IMG/VR virus record: IMGVR_UViG_3300025723_000018
Length of the DNA stretch: 64,000 nt
Reading direction: 5' to 3' (one strand)
Source of the DNA: an uncultured virus (IMG/VR IMGVR_UViG_3300025723_000018)
Lineage: Duplodnaviria > Heunggongvirae > Uroviricota > Caudoviricetes
Under the pieces are notes generated by a model. It saw only the letters and a list, made by a program, of their open reading frames with translations, was not told where the DNA came from and searched no databases. Below are positions 8,965 to 22,700 of this stretch, one piece after another (within the stretch, counting starts at the first letter, position 1; every line of letters starts with the position of its first letter). A program made the translations under genes and the position numbers.

Positions 8965-11900
8965 ATGGCAGCAGAATTTAAAATTGGAAGACTAAAATTT
9001 ACCTGGGAAGGTCAGTGGACGCCAAATACTTTTTATAATCGCGATGCGGTTGTTGGGTATCAAGGTAAAACCTATGTATGTCTAGTTCCTAACACATCAA
9101 ACAGTACAAATTTTTACACAGACTTGTATTCTAGTCCGTATCCTTATTGGAATTTAGTACTCGACGGCAAAACTTTTTCTGGAGCATGGACTACAGGAAC
9201 AGCTTATAGTCTAGGTAATTTAGTTATCAGCGGCGGTGTTATGTATTATTGTAACACTAATCACACTAGTTCGACATTTGCAACTGACGCTGCTAAGTGG
9301 GCCATCTACAATGAATTTTTCTCTTGGCATACTACGTGGACTACTAGCACAGCTTATAGTCTAAATGATATTGTAAAGTATGGTGGAATTGTTTACAAGT
9401 GTATTGTTAACCATACTAGTGCTTCGACTACGGCTCTTGGTTTAGAAGCTAATCAAAGCAACTGGAGTACATTCTACAGCGGAATTGAATATAAAGGCAA
9501 TTGGCAATCTAATTACAGATATAAAGCTAATGATGTTGTAAAAATTGGAGCAGATTTATATCAAGTTACAGTTGGACATACATCTTCAAGCATTCCTGCT
9601 TCAGGAAATTTCACAATGTATATACCAGGCCAGGAAGAGCAAGGTGCCTGGAGTTCTTCAACAGTTTATCAAAAGGGAGATATTGTTAATTACGGTGGAT
9701 ATAGTTATATCTCAAATACATTTGACAATACAAACAATACTCCGTCAACTGATACTACCGATTGGAGTGTACTAACACAAAATTATTTGTTAATGGGTGA
9801 CTGGGCATATAATGTTGCTTATCAAGTAGGAGATGTTGTTCGTAAAGGCGGAGAAGTATTTGTAGCAATACAAGATAATTCAGCTCAAGACCCTACCAGT
9901 TTTAGTTATACTACTAACTATAACTCAACAGGTAGTAGCGGAACCACGCTAGTAGTTACTTCATCATTAGGAATTGTATTAGGAATGACAGTGGTTGGTA
10001 ACGGTTTTGCTAGCGGACAATATGTTACTAAAATTATTAATAGTACAACTGTATTATTAAGTTCTCCGCCCGATACAGCTTTAGTTAACGCACAAAATTT
10101 AACATTTTCAGGTGTAAGTCCTTACTGGAGTGAACTATCTCCAGGTGTTCGCTGGAGAAGTTTTTGGTCAGCTGGTACACAATATACTATCGGTGACCTT
10201 GCCTTGTATAAAAATTATACATATCGTTGTATTACAACACATGTCGGTAGCGTATTAAATCGACCAGATGTAGATACAAATAGTAGTTTCTGGGTAGTAT
10301 ATACTAGACATGCTACACGCAATGCATTAGTCAAACAAGGTGATATTGTTACATATAGTAACGGTGCTACAACCAATATACCAATTGGTACAAACACGTA
10401 TTTGTTAAAATCTAACGGAACACAATCTAATTATTCAACTATTTTAATAACACCGAATGTTTATTATGTTGCTCCTAATGGTGTTGATAGTCTTACCGCA
10501 GGTACTTCTTGGGATCAACCTTGGAAGACTATTAAGTATGCATGTAACTTTTTATTAAAAGGTACATTAAATCCAAATGCATCAACTTTGTTAACTTCTA
10601 ATAAAGAATTTATTGTTCAAGAAGTTTATAATTATTTACAATACACATACAGTACAAATGTTAGTTCGTCTACAGGTATATTATTCACTTGTGCTTCAAC
10701 TAGCAATTTTGTAGTTGGCATGCCAATTGCATTTGGCGGATCAGTGTTTGGCGGCGTGACAACTAATACACAATACTTTGTTCAAAATATTGTTAACCCA
10801 ACAACATTCTCAATTAGTACTACATTAGGCGGCTCTGCTGTAGCATTAAGTAACGCCAGCGGTGCTATGCCGGCCTATTATTATAATCCAACAAAAACAC
10901 AACGCGATGCTAGATTAATTATCGATTCAATAAATTATGATCTAGTAAGGGGCGGGAATAGCCAAACAGTTGCGGCTACATTGGCTTTTTTTGCTTACGG
11001 TAGTTCAACAACTTATATTAATACAAATGTAGCCACTCAGATACAGTATTTTATCGCTGCTTTAAATTATGCATATACCCTTATCCCAAGTGCTATAAAT
11101 CAAGGTCAGCCAGCACGAAATTATCAGGCGTTGAATAATGTTGCAAGTCCAGCATCACAAATTGTAAATTTTTCTGTTACAGCTGAATCTGGTTCGCTAT
11201 CTACCATACAATCTTTGTTGTCAATAATTATTACAGCACTGACTAATCAAAGTACCGCATCTGTTCCTACATCAAATTCAGGTATTAGTGCTACAATTTA
11301 TATTAAGTCTGGTACGTATAACGAAACATTACCTATTACTGTTCCTGAAAATGTAGCATTAGTAGGTGATGAATTGCGCGGCACGGTGGTAAGTCCAAAT
11401 GTTATTATTAACACTTATGTGACTTATACCAATGGCAATACCAATTTAATTACAGCTAGTACAACTAATGGATTGTATGATCAATGTCCTATACAATTCT
11501 CTGGAACAACATTTGGTAATTTAGCAACCGCCACTACTTATTATGTGATTGGTTCAACTATTTCCGGAAATCAATTTGCTATTAGTATTACACCGGGCGG
11601 TGGCCCATTACAACAACAAACAGCGGTTGGATCAGTAAGCATGTTTGGCGGTGATGCTATACAAAACATGTTCTTGATGCGTAACGGTACTGGTCTACGA
11701 AACATGACTCTACAAGGCTTATTGGGAACATTAAGTATTGCTGATTCAAACGGCATTCAACAAACTACCGGTGGTGCTTATTCTAGTCTAGATCCAGGTG
11801 CTGGACCTAATGACACTACCACATGGATTTTCCGTCGTAGTCCGTATTGTCAGAACGTTACACTATTTGGATCTGGTTGTGTCGGCATGAAAATTGACGG

Positions 11901-14900
11901 TAGTTTACACAACGGTGGAAATAAATCCATGGTGGCTAACGACTATACTACATTGATACAAGACGGTATTGGGGTATGGTGTACCAATAGTGATGCAAAA
12001 ACTGAATTAGTATCCGTGTTTGCCTATTATAGCTATGCAGGATATTACGCTCAGAACGGAGGACGTATTCGTGCTACCAATGGTAATACTTCGTATGGAA
12101 CATATGGTGTTATTGCTGAAGGATACGACTCAACAGAAATTCCAATTTCTGGTAATGTATATAACCTGAGCGGACAAGCCAGTGCTAGTGTAGTTAGTGC
12201 GTTTACTAATAGTGGAGCAATACAAAAATTACAATATTCAGATGCTGGTGTGAACTATACACAAACTTCTACAAATTTATTGCAAAATAGTAATAACTTT
12301 GGAACAGGTTGGTCAAACGATGGTAATGTTTCATTCAGTCAAAATCCTACATCTCCGTTTGGAGTTACTGATGCATGGACCTTAACTGGAACAAATTCTG
12401 TTGCAAATCAAGGCTACTTATATCAAACCATATCAGTTAATCCACAAGGTGCCACTTATACAGGATTGAGCGCAAGTAATTTAAGCGGTAGTGGTAGTAA
12501 TGCTACTTTTAACGTTACAGTTACAAGTACAGCTTATGTTGTAACAGCAAACTTTGGTGGTAGCGGATATGCGACGACCAACCAGTTAAGAATTTACGGT
12601 AGTGTATTTGGAGGTATAACTGGTGTAAATGATTTAACTATTACTGTTACTGGTTTATCTGGTAGTAGTATTTTAAACGTTACTGGAGCAGGAGTAGTTC
12701 CAGCTGGTAGCGCATTAAATTATACATTTAGTTTATATGTACAACAGGGTACAGCATCTAGTATAGATATACAAGGTGTGTTTTCTGGTAGCAATAATTC
12801 TGGTGGCGGCATAAACTATAATTTTGGATCTGGAGCAATTACAACAACAACTAGCGGTGTAGGAACAGCTCCTACGCTGTACGGAGTTAATACTATAACA
12901 AACGGTTGGTATCGCATTTGGTTTGCTTTGAACGATACAACTGGTTTGAATACATCTTTAACTTATAATATCTATCCAAGAAGTATATCTGGAACTAGCG
13001 GATACACTATATGTTACGGACCGCAATTAGAAATAAATTCAAGCCCAAGTTTTTATTTAGAAACATCTACTGGAACTTATACAGCCTATGCTAACTATAA
13101 AATAGTAGGTGCAGGTGCAGGTGCAAACTTGTTAGGTGATGAACTTCGTTCAAATGCTGTGTTCTCAACCCGTGTTACTGATCCAGGATCTGGAGCTGGA
13201 GGTGCAGGATATAAAACAGCTAGTAACAATGCGCAAGGCGGAGCTGGTACATATATCATTCTTTCAGGCGCTGATACTGGAACAAGTAGTCAATATACTG
13301 GATTACGAATATTTCTTAATAGTGGAACAGGTGCTGGACAATATGGTTACATTTCTAGCTACAATGCAAACACCAAGTATGCATATATATTAAAAGAAAC
13401 ATTTGTTCCTGTAACTGTAACAGCTTCGACTGGTAGCGGAACTAATACATTGACATTGGGTTCTGGAGATGTAAACACATTATATGCCAATCAACCAATA
13501 CAATTTATTCCTACAATTAATACAACAACAGTTACTGCAACAAACCAAGCATCTACAATCGCATCAGTAACTATAGGCGGAACAACTAGTACAATAACTG
13601 TCAATAGCACAGCACAAATGTATTATAACCAACCAATACAATTTTCAGGAAATGTGTTTGGTGGCGTAGTAACCGGATACACATACTATGTTTATGCTGT
13701 TATTGATAGCCAGACAATTCAAATTAGCCAACAACTATATGGCAACCTGTGGCCTCTTACCAACGGCACTGGATCCATGACAGTTACTTATTCTGCTGGA
13801 ACTAGCTATTTGTATGGATTAAATGCCACAACTTCAATGAGTGTGAATCTTGCAATACAGTTTGTTGGATCAACATTGGGCGGAGTAACAACTGGTACAA
13901 CATATTATGTTCAAGAAATACTTGATTCAAATACATTTACTATTTCAAATAGTTTAGTAACGGTTACAGCTAGTACTACAACTGTATCTACAGATGGTAC
14001 AAGACCTAATCAAATTACTGTTGATAATGCTAGTAATCTTGTGAGTTTAAATCCAATTATATTCACAGGCTCGACATTTGGTAATATAGTAGCAGGACAA
14101 AAATACTGGATCAGTTATGTTCCTGATACAACTCACTTAACAGTGACTAGTAATATTATTGTGCAAACAGCTACTAACACAGCTATTACGTCAAACTTGA
14201 TTACAGTTGGTTCGACAGCAGGATTTATACCAGGAAATCCAATCAGATTTACAGGTAACGTATTTGGTGGCGCCAATTTAAAAGTAGATACAACTTACTA
14301 TATTTTAGTTGTTAACGATGCATTTACATTTACAATTAGTACACAGCCAAATGGTTCTGCTATTAATTTATCCACAGCCGTTGGATCGATGACAGTTAGA
14401 ACAGCAGGAACCACCGTAGCACTTACCACAGCTAGTGGCACAATGACTGGTACTACTACAGCAGGAAAAACTACACTAACAGCTGGATCGGGCACCATGG
14501 TTGCTCAGTTCTCCACACCAATATTTGGTGGAGTAACAGCTGGTACAACTTATTATATCATGACTATTACTCCTGGTAGCCCTAATACTATACAGATTAC
14601 GGCTAGTTCTGGAAGCCAAAGTCCAGTATCGTTGACAACAACTACTGGATCCATGCAATTTGGTACAGTTGGTTGGGACCATGTGAATTCAGGAACTCCT
14701 GCGGCGGCTAACTTGGATACATCGACATTATATTATATTGAACCTCGTGTTACATATAGTGCTCCAGGATTTAATCAGTCAGCTGTTTACGGATTACCGG
14801 CATTAAGCGGAATAACTTATGCAGGTTTTGCGGCAGGTGACGGTTATTTCATGTGTGTTGCTGCGTCAGGAACAACTATTGGATTATCTTCAGACGGCGG

Positions 14901-16728
14901 TACTTGGACACCGTTAACATTGCCAACTACAGGAACCTGGACTGGTATTGCTTACGGAAATAAAACTTGGTTTATTATTTCAAATACAACAACTGGTTTA
15001 TGGTCGAATAGTAATGGCTATAGTTGGCATACTGCATCATTACCAAGTGCTTCTTGGAATAAGATTGCGTACGGAAATAACTCGTTTGTAATTATGGCAA
15101 GCGGTACTAGTTCAGCTGTTGCATATAGCAATAACAGAGGAGCCACTTGGTCTAGCGGGACTGGTTTAAGTTCTGCAGCCTGGACTGGACTTGCGTTTGG
15201 TGCTGGCACATTTGTAGCGGTAGCATCTGCTAGTCAGACTGTTGCTTACAGCACCAATAACGGAGCAACGTGGACTACATTAACTTCTGCATTACCAACA
15301 TCAGCTAGCTGGACAGCAGTATCTTATGGAAACGGAAGATTTGTTGCTATTTCAAGCGGATCAGTTTCGGCATATAGCTTCGATGGTATAACTTGGTATA
15401 GTTCTAGTTTGTCAATTGGCGCATCACGTTTAGTCTATGGTCAAGGTGTATTCCTTGCTTTAGGATCTACCACAGCATACACCAGTGAAGATGGTATCAA
15501 CTGGGTAACTAGAAGTGTAACTGGCGATACATATAGTGCATTGGGATTTGGATTTAATTCTTCTGGACAAGGTATATTTGTTACAGCAGGTTATAACTCT
15601 GTTAACAGTTCTATAATTGGAAGTCAGATACAAGCAGGTGGCCGAGCAAGAGCTCGTGCAACTGTGGCCAGCGGAACTATTACATCTGTTAATGTATGGG
15701 ATCCTGGATCAAATTATACCAGCACTCCAACAGTGACTGTTACAGATCCAAATGTAACAACGTTTGTTGTTTTAAGTGCTAATACAGGAAATGGTTCATT
15801 AGGTAGTCCAACATTATTAAACACTGGATTGTCTTACGCATTTAGTACAACTGCTATTACCATTTGGGGTAGCGGTTATGCTAACGAATATCAAACAGGT
15901 TATAATGTTGTTTGTAATAATATTACGGCATTACCAACACCAGGGTGTGATGTGATCTTTAACGGAAACAGTACAATTTATAAATGTACTAGTGCTACAC
16001 CTTTATACGGAACTGTGGCACCGTATTTGACATGTTCAATTGCACTAAGTCCTAGTATGAGTACAGCATTAAGTCCAGCTAATGGCACTAGTGTAATTAT
16101 TAGAACTAAGTATAGTCAGTGTCGCTTAACCAACCATGACTTTTTAAATATTGGACTGGGTGACCAAGTGTTATCTAACTACCCTGGATTACCAACTACA
16201 ACATCGGTGCAACCTCAAAATCAAACTATTGAAGTAAACAACGGTCGTGTATTCTATACAAGTACTGACCAAGATGGTAACTTCAAAGTTGGTAATCTAT
16301 TTGGAGTTCAGCAAAGTACAGGTATTGTTACATTAAGTGCAAGTCAGTTTGGACTTACTGGTTTGAGCCAGTTGTCACTAGGCGGTATTAGTGTTGGTAG
16401 TTCAAGTGTTGTTATTACACAGTTTAGTACAGATCCTACATTCTCAGCTAATAGTGATAATATTATTTCAACACAAAAGGCTATCAAATCTTATGTAACA
16501 AGTCAATTAAGTCAAGGTGGTAGTAATACTACAACCGGCCAGTTGACAGCAGGCACTGTAGTAGTTGGAGGACCAAATCTTATTACTAGTTCTATTCCGC
16601 AGGGAATTTCAGGATCCACTGTTAAGATTAACGTAAAGGTGAATATAGTTGGATCTAACGGAGCAGTAGACGGCAATCTTGCAGCATTGAATTTCTTTAT
16701 AAAAAATGCTTCAAGAAAGACACGTTAA
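8965..16728 (+). CDS. Giant tail fibre/spike-like protein: carbohydrate-binding-like W..Y..GD.V repeats, beta-helix-like region, Asp-box/BNR-like repeats
   Basis: 2587 aa; repeated W...T.Y..GD.V.YGG..Y.C; IYIKSGTYNETLPI.VP.NV..VGDELR; S.DG..W repeats; C-terminal HDFL...GRVFYTSTDQDGNF shared with 16764 and 47410. Confidence 0.75.
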   Translation: MAAEFKIGRLKFTWEGQWTPNTFYNRDAVVGYQGKTYVCLVPNTSNSTNFYTDLYSSPYPYWNLVLDGKTFSGAWTTGTAYSLGNLVISGGVMYYCNTNHTSSTFATDAAKWAIYNEFFSWHTTWTTSTAYSLNDIVKYGGIVYKCIVNHTSASTTALGLEANQSNWSTFYSGIEYKGNWQSNYRYKANDVVKIGADLYQVTVGHTSSSIPASGNFTMYIPGQEEQGAWSSSTVYQKGDIVNYGGYSYISNTFDNTNNTPSTDTTDWSVLTQNYLLMGDWAYNVAYQVGDVVRKGGEVFVAIQDNSAQDPTSFSYTTNYNSTGSSGTTLVVTSSLGIVLGMTVVGNGFASGQYVTKIINSTTVLLSSPPDTALVNAQNLTFSGVSPYWSELSPGVRWRSFWSAGTQYTIGDLALYKNYTYRCITTHVGSVLNRPDVDTNSSFWVVYTRHATRNALVKQGDIVTYSNGATTNIPIGTNTYLLKSNGTQSNYSTILITPNVYYVAPNGVDSLTAGTSWDQPWKTIKYACNFLLKGTLNPNASTLLTSNKEFIVQEVYNYLQYTYSTNVSSSTGILFTCASTSNFVVGMPIAFGGSVFGGVTTNTQYFVQNIVNPTTFSISTTLGGSAVALSNASGAMPAYYYNPTKTQRDARLIIDSINYDLVRGGNSQTVAATLAFFAYGSSTTYINTNVATQIQYFIAALNYAYTLIPSAINQGQPARNYQALNNVASPASQIVNFSVTAESGSLSTIQSLLSIIITALTNQSTASVPTSNSGISATIYIKSGTYNETLPITVPENVALVGDELRGTVVSPNVIINTYVTYTNGNTNLITASTTNGLYDQCPIQFSGTTFGNLATATTYYVIGSTISGNQFAISITPGGGPLQQQTAVGSVSMFGGDAIQNMFLMRNGTGLRNMTLQGLLGTLSIADSNGIQQTTGGAYSSLDPGAGPNDTTTWIFRRSPYCQNVTLFGSGCVGMKIDGSLHNGGNKSMVANDYTTLIQDGIGVWCTNSDAKTELVSVFAYYSYAGYYAQNGGRIRATNGNTSYGTYGVIAEGYDSTEIPISGNVYNLSGQASASVVSAFTNSGAIQKLQYSDAGVNYTQTSTNLLQNSNNFGTGWSNDGNVSFSQNPTSPFGVTDAWTLTGTNSVANQGYLYQTISVNPQGATYTGLSASNLSGSGSNATFNVTVTSTAYVVTANFGGSGYATTNQLRIYGSVFGGITGVNDLTITVTGLSGSSILNVTGAGVVPAGSALNYTFSLYVQQGTASSIDIQGVFSGSNNSGGGINYNFGSGAITTTTSGVGTAPTLYGVNTITNGWYRIWFALNDTTGLNTSLTYNIYPRSISGTSGYTICYGPQLEINSSPSFYLETSTGTYTAYANYKIVGAGAGANLLGDELRSNAVFSTRVTDPGSGAGGAGYKTASNNAQGGAGTYIILSGADTGTSSQYTGLRIFLNSGTGAGQYGYISSYNANTKYAYILKETFVPVTVTASTGSGTNTLTLGSGDVNTLYANQPIQFIPTINTTTVTATNQASTIASVTIGGTTSTITVNSTAQMYYNQPIQFSGNVFGGVVTGYTYYVYAVIDSQTIQISQQLYGNLWPLTNGTGSMTVTYSAGTSYLYGLNATTSMSVNLAIQFVGSTLGGVTTGTTYYVQEILDSNTFTISNSLVTVTASTTTVSTDGTRPNQITVDNASNLVSLNPIIFTGSTFGNIVAGQKYWISYVPDTTHLTVTSNIIVQTATNTAITSNLITVGSTAGFIPGNPIRFTGNVFGGANLKVDTTYYILVVNDAFTFTISTQPNGSAINLSTAVGSMTVRTAGTTVALTTASGTMTGTTTAGKTTLTAGSGTMVAQFSTPIFGGVTAGTTYYIMTITPGSPNTIQITASSGSQSPVSLTTTTGSMQFGTVGWDHVNSGTPAAANLDTSTLYYIEPRVTYSAPGFNQSAVYGLPALSGITYAGFAAGDGYFMCVAASGTTIGLSSDGGTWTPLTLPTTGTWTGIAYGNKTWFIISNTTTGLWSNSNGYSWHTASLPSASWNKIAYGNNSFVIMASGTSSAVAYSNNRGATWSSGTGLSSAAWTGLAFGAGTFVAVASASQTVAYSTNNGATWTTLTSALPTSASWTAVSYGNGRFVAISSGSVSAYSFDGITWYSSSLSIGASRLVYGQGVFLALGSTTAYTSEDGINWVTRSVTGDTYSALGFGFNSSGQGIFVTAGYNSVNSSIIGSQIQAGGRARARATVASGTITSVNVWDPGSNYTSTPTVTVTDPNVTTFVVLSANTGNGSLGSPTLLNTGLSYAFSTTAITIWGSGYANEYQTGYNVVCNNITALPTPGCDVIFNGNSTIYKCTSATPLYGTVAPYLTCSIALSPSMSTALSPANGTSVIIRTKYSQCRLTNHDFLNIGLGDQVLSNYPGLPTTTSVQPQNQTIEVNNGRVFYTSTDQDGNFKVGNLFGVQQSTGIVTLSASQFGLTGLSQLSLGGISVGSSSVVITQFSTDPTFSANSDNIISTQKAIKSYVTSQLSQGGSNTTTGQLTAGTVVVGGPNLITSSIPQGISGSTVKINVKVNIVGSNGAVDGNLAALNFFIKNASRKTR

Positions 16729-16736
16729 ACAAAATG

Positions 16737-16743
16737 ATAAATA
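16737..16743 (+). promoter_or_regulatory. T4-like late promoter motif ATAAATA
   Basis: GATAAATAC between the two giant fibre genes, followed by SD AGGA. Confidence 0.65.
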
Positions 16744-16763
16744 CTATCACAGGATGATATAAA

Positions 16764-19700
16764 ATGGCAGAATTTAAATTAGGTAGAATTAAGTTTGTAT
16801 ACCAAGGAAATTGGGCATCAAATACTTCATATGTAGTCGATGACGTAGTTACTGTTGGCGGAAAAACTTACATCTGTATTTTAAGCAATACAAGTTCAAG
16901 TAATTTTTCTAATGATTTGAACAATATTACACCATACTGGCAATTAATGGCAGATGGAACGTTATGGCGTGGAACTTGGGCAAATAATACTGCTTATAAT
17001 ATTGGCGATTTGGCACAGTATGGCGGAACAATTTATCTATGTAACGTTGCTCATACTAGTGTAACTTCTACTTTAACACTTACTGCTACATCATTTACAG
17101 TTAATGCGGGAACAGCCACATTGGGCTATGCCGCACAACCTGGTACACCTTTTGTTCCAGGACAGACTATTACATTGTCAGGATTCAGTCCTACAACTAC
17201 TACTAGTCCATCAAACAATATTAATACAACATTTACAGTTTTAACATGTACTACAACTCAATTGACATTTGCATTGAGTGGCACATATTCTAACGTAACA
17301 CTAGGTACAGTAGCAGGAACCGGAGCTCTTGAATCAGAAATAAATGATTGGACAGTATTTGGAACTAACATTAACTGGTCAAACGCTTGGGCCACAAGTA
17401 CTCGTTATAAAGTAAATGACTTAGTTTACTATGGCGGATACACTTATGTTTGTAATACCGCACACGTATCTGCATCAACAATATCTTCTGGACTCGAATC
17501 TAATCAAAGTTACTGGTCTACATTTAATGCTGGTATTTTTTATCAAGGTGCATGGACTACCGGTACTCGTTATAAAGTAAATGACATTGTTACTTACGGT
17601 GCAGACGTTTGGATCTGTACAACATATCATACATCTAGTGGATCTACATTAGATGCTACCAAATTTACAATTTTAGTAAACGGTTTCCAATTTGTAAACA
17701 GCTGGAGTAATGCAACCGCATACAAAGCAGGTGACGTAGTAACTTATGGTGGATATAGCTATACCGCTATTCAGAACAATACTGGTCAAACACCGTCAAC
17801 CGCAACAACTTATTGGCAAGTGTTTACAACAGGGTTTGTATACCAAGGAGCATGGAGCGGATCAAACTCTTACTTAATTGGTAACGTAGTTAGTTATGGT
17901 GGATATACTTATGTTGCAGTTGCAGATAATGCAAACTCATCTATTACAATCACAGCAACTACAGTATCAACAGATCCTACTAGACCAAATCAAATTACTA
18001 CATCAAGTACAAGTAATTTAGTAGCAAATTTACCAATCATTTTTAGTGGAACTACTTTTGGCAATATTGTGTCTTCAACAACTTATTATGTAAGTTCAGT
18101 AGTAGATGCTACACATTTCACAATTAGTGCAACAGCTGGCGGTCCAGTATTTGCTCTTACCACAGCTACTGGTTCAGCAACTGGCGCCACACAAACACAA
18201 CCGCCACTTAGTGCATATTGGGGTTTGTTAAATTCAGGTGTTCGTTGGACTAACAATTCACAAACATTTACATCTGTTAGTGGTACAAACATTTCTAGTT
18301 TAGGAACAGGTGCATCGTTTGATGTTACTGTAAACAAAACAATTTACACAGTAATTCCGCACAGCGGATCTGCTGGTAGCGGTTACGTTACTGGCGATAC
18401 TATTAAAATTTTAGGAACAAACGTTGGCGGCCTGAGCCCAGTTAACGATGTCACTTTAACTGTAACAGCTTCTGGCGGTGCTATTACATCATTAGTAGCA
18501 ACAGGTGTTGCTGTTACATGGAGTACAGGTGTTACTTATGTTTTAGGCGATGTTGTATTATTTGGAGCTAACAACTACATTTGTATTCAATCACATGTAG
18601 CAACAACCGGAAGCCGTCCAGATAACGATACTACCGCAACGTATTGGAATTTATTCACTGCAGGTTCTGAACCTGCAACATTGACCACAGCAGGTGACAT
18701 GTTCTATTATGGACTAAATGGTCCAACACGTTTACCAATTGGTACTAACGGCCAAATTTTACGTTCAACAAACGGATACCCTACATGGGCAACTTACGGT
18801 ATTATCAACAACGTTGTGTATGTTGGACCTACTGGTACAGACAGTCCTGCCCCAGGTTACGGTTTAACAATTGACAGCCCATGGGCATCGATTCGTTATG
18901 CTTGCCAACAAGTTGAAAATGGATATTTAAATCCTAATGCTACTCAGTTACTTGCTAAGAATAAACAATTTTTCTTAAAAGAAGTTAATAACTATGTTCA
19001 GTATACATATACTGTTACAGTTTCAGCAGCAAGTACAACTGTATTCACAGCTGGATCAACAACATCATTATATGTTGGTATGCCAATTAGTTTTACAGGA
19101 ACAGTTGGCGGAGTAACTGCTGGTACAACTTACTATGTTCAAGCAATTGGTAGCACAACTACATTTGCAATCTCAGCAACATTTGGTGGAAATGCATTGC
19201 CATTAACAGCTGGATCAGGTTCGATGACTGGTACTTATGTTTATAGTGCAAGCAAAACTGAAAGAGATGCAGGCATTGTTATCGATGGAGTAATATTTGA
19301 TGTAAGCCACGGTGGAACATTAAACAGTACTACGGCTGCTAATGCATATTTTTCAAATGGTTCATTAATCTCTGGAGTTAACTCTTACGATATTATTCCG
19401 TTTGTTGCTTCATTAACTTATTTAGGTACTAAATTATTCCCTGCAATTTTATCTAATACAGCTCCGTCAAGTAACTATCAAACACTAAACAGTATTAGTT
19501 CAGGTAATCAAGCAAAACAAATTATCGATTCAACATTAACAGCAGAAAGTGGATCGACTACTTTAGCTGGCAATTTAGTTGCTATCACATACAATGCATT
19601 AAATGCACAAACTAGTACTGTTATTGCTACAGCTATTGTGCCTGATACAACAATTTATGTTAAAACAGGAACATACAACGAAATATTACCAATCAGTATT

Positions 19701-22700
19701 CCAAGAAATACAGCAATCGTTGGAGATGAATTGCGTAGTACAGTAATTCAACCAGCACCTGCAATTCCTAATTTAGTAAATGATAAACCTAAATCAATCT
19801 TAGCTTTGAATCATACTAAGGCATTGTTGAGTAATTTAATTTCAAATACTACAATTACACCGACTACTGGAAATACACAAACACAAGTTACTACATTACC
19901 AGCCGGCGATCAAGGATCTCAAACCGCTGTTAATAGTGTTTTAACAAATGCTGCGTTAATCCAAGATATGATAAGCAACGGCTTACCACAAGCTCCTGCA
20001 TTTGTATTGCCTCAACCTACTGGTTACAATACATCATTCTTGTCAACATACGGCAACGGCGTAACACAAATTGTTAACAATTATTTGTTCATTAAAGCAG
20101 AAATCGCTGCTTATTTAAATACCAATTATAATACAATTTGGACTAGTACCGCATTTACTACTGGCGGATATCAAGCAGAAACTATCAGAGACGTTAGTTT
20201 TATATTAGACGGACTACAGTACGATTTAACCTACGGCGGTAATGTACAAAGTAATATCAACGGTAGTTCATATTATTCTCTAGGTTATAGTCAAGTTCAA
20301 ACAGCATATACTCAAATTTTTAATGCAGCCTTGACTCGTTTAAAAACTATTATTGGACAAATTGTTCAAGGTCAATCAGTATCTGCAACTTCTGGTAATA
20401 GTGTAACTCAGTATACTACAGCACCATACGGTAATTCAACAGCCGCAAGTGCTGCACAAGGTTTGATACAAAATATTTTAAACTGGATTGCAAACGGTTA
20501 CGGAGATACAACTGTATATCCAACAGTTGCTATTGCTCTAGCAAGTAGTCAACTACAAACATCGTTTAACTTGTTACAAGCAAGAGCTAGTGAAATTGCA
20601 GCAGATGCTCAAGCATGGGTTAAAAAGTATTATCAATCAAGTAATATTAGTACTTCATTAACTAATCGTGATGCTGGATATATTGTTCAAGCACTATCAT
20701 ACGATTTAGTATTTGGCAGCAACTTCAATAGTATTGCGGCAGGTAGAGGTTTCAACAGATTAAACACTAGTGCCCAAGCATTATTAGCAAATACAAATAA
20801 TGAATTATCAGCAACACTGGGTGCAATTCAATTTATTGCTAACAAAGCAAAACAATATGCGGCAGGTGGTTCAGCAATCCAAGCAACAGCTACAATCAAT
20901 GATGTAATATCATTAATTAATGGACAAGCTACAACTACATTAACTACCGCAACAACAAGCACAAACGTATTAACTGTGTCTAGTACATCAGGTATGTATG
21001 TTGGCCAGCCAATTCAGTTTACTGGATTGCCAGCTAATATTACTACAACAGCCACAGCTACTACAACAAGTACTAACGTAATTACACTAGGAGCTACAGC
21101 AAGTAGTTTAGGTATTGTTGCTGGACAACAAATTTATTTTACAGGTTCTGTATTTGGTAATATTGTACAAAACCAAATGTATTATGTTTTAAGTCCAAGC
21201 GGAAGCACTATTCAAGTTAGTTTAACATACGGTGGAAGTGCTGTAGCTTTAGTAACAGCTTCGGGTACAATGTCAGTTGTTGTTAACAATGCTGGAGGTT
21301 TGTGGAATAACAATGTCTATTGGATCAACACTATTCCAGGTACTACAACTTTAACTATTACAAGTAGCTATGCAAGCGGAACAGCTTATACTATTACTAA
21401 TACAAAAACTGGTATGACTGCTAGTGCAGTAGCTGGCGATTCTTCTAATATTTTAACAAATGGTTCTGTAACTTATAATGACACATTAACTACAATTAAT
21501 GGAGCAGAAATACTACGTGCTAATAAAAACTTTATAGCTTATGAAGCAGCTGCATATATCAGTGCAAGTTATGGTGGAGGTTCTGGTGCTGTAACAACTA
21601 CTGCCTCTACAGGTAATTTAGTTACAACATCTAGTGCTCATAACTTTGTAGCAGGCGATCCTGTAGTATTCAGTGCTGTTACAGTAACAACTACAGCAAC
21701 TTCTAGTATTGCAAGCACAGACGGCAGTCGTCCAAATCAAATTGTTGTAGGAACTACAACAGGAGTTGTTGCTGGCATGCCAATTAGCTTTGCTGGAACA
21801 AACTTTGGCGGTATAAATTTAAGTACTACTTACTATGTTAAAACAGTAGTTGATAGTACACACATTACCATTAGCGCAACTTATAACGGAACGGTACTGA
21901 CTCTTACAACTGGTACTGGTTCAATGACAGCAACCATTGGCGGAATATTTGGTGGATTGACAGCAGGCGTTGAATATTATGTATTGTCTGCAGGTCTTAC
22001 ACCAACATCATTTGCTGTTACGGCAACTCAAGGAAGTACAACACCAGTTACTCTTTCACCTGCAAATGGAGTTGCTACAGTTAACTATTATTATAATTTA
22101 ACTAAATGTATTCGTGATACTTCAGAGTACATTAACGCATTGATTTATGATTTAAATTACCCAGGTAATTACAAATCATTACGTGCAGCAACATTGTACA
22201 ATAATGCAGTGAGTGGATCAACTACAAGTAACATGTTCTTTGCTAGAAACGGATCTGGTTTAAGAAACTGTACCATGAACGGATTGACAGGAACATTGAC
22301 AGCAGCTAATAGTTACGGTACAAAACGACCAACAGCAGGTGCGTATGTTTCATTAGATCCAGGATTTGGACCAAACGATACTAACGTATGGATCAACAGC
22401 CGAAGCCATTACAGTCAAAACTGTACTATGTTTGGTACAGCTTGTACTGGTGCTAAAATTGATTCAGCACTGCATAGCGGTGGTAATAAGTCTATGGTTA
22501 AGAATGACTTTACCACAATTTTAAGTGACGGTATTGGTGTATGGTGTACAGGTTCTGGATCATTAACAGAATTAGTTTCAGTGTTCAACTACTACGGCTA
22601 TGCTGGTTATCTAGCAGAGCTAGGTGGACGTATTCGTGCTACCAACGGTAATAGTTCATACGGTACGTATGGTGTTATTGCTGAAGGCACAGATACTTTT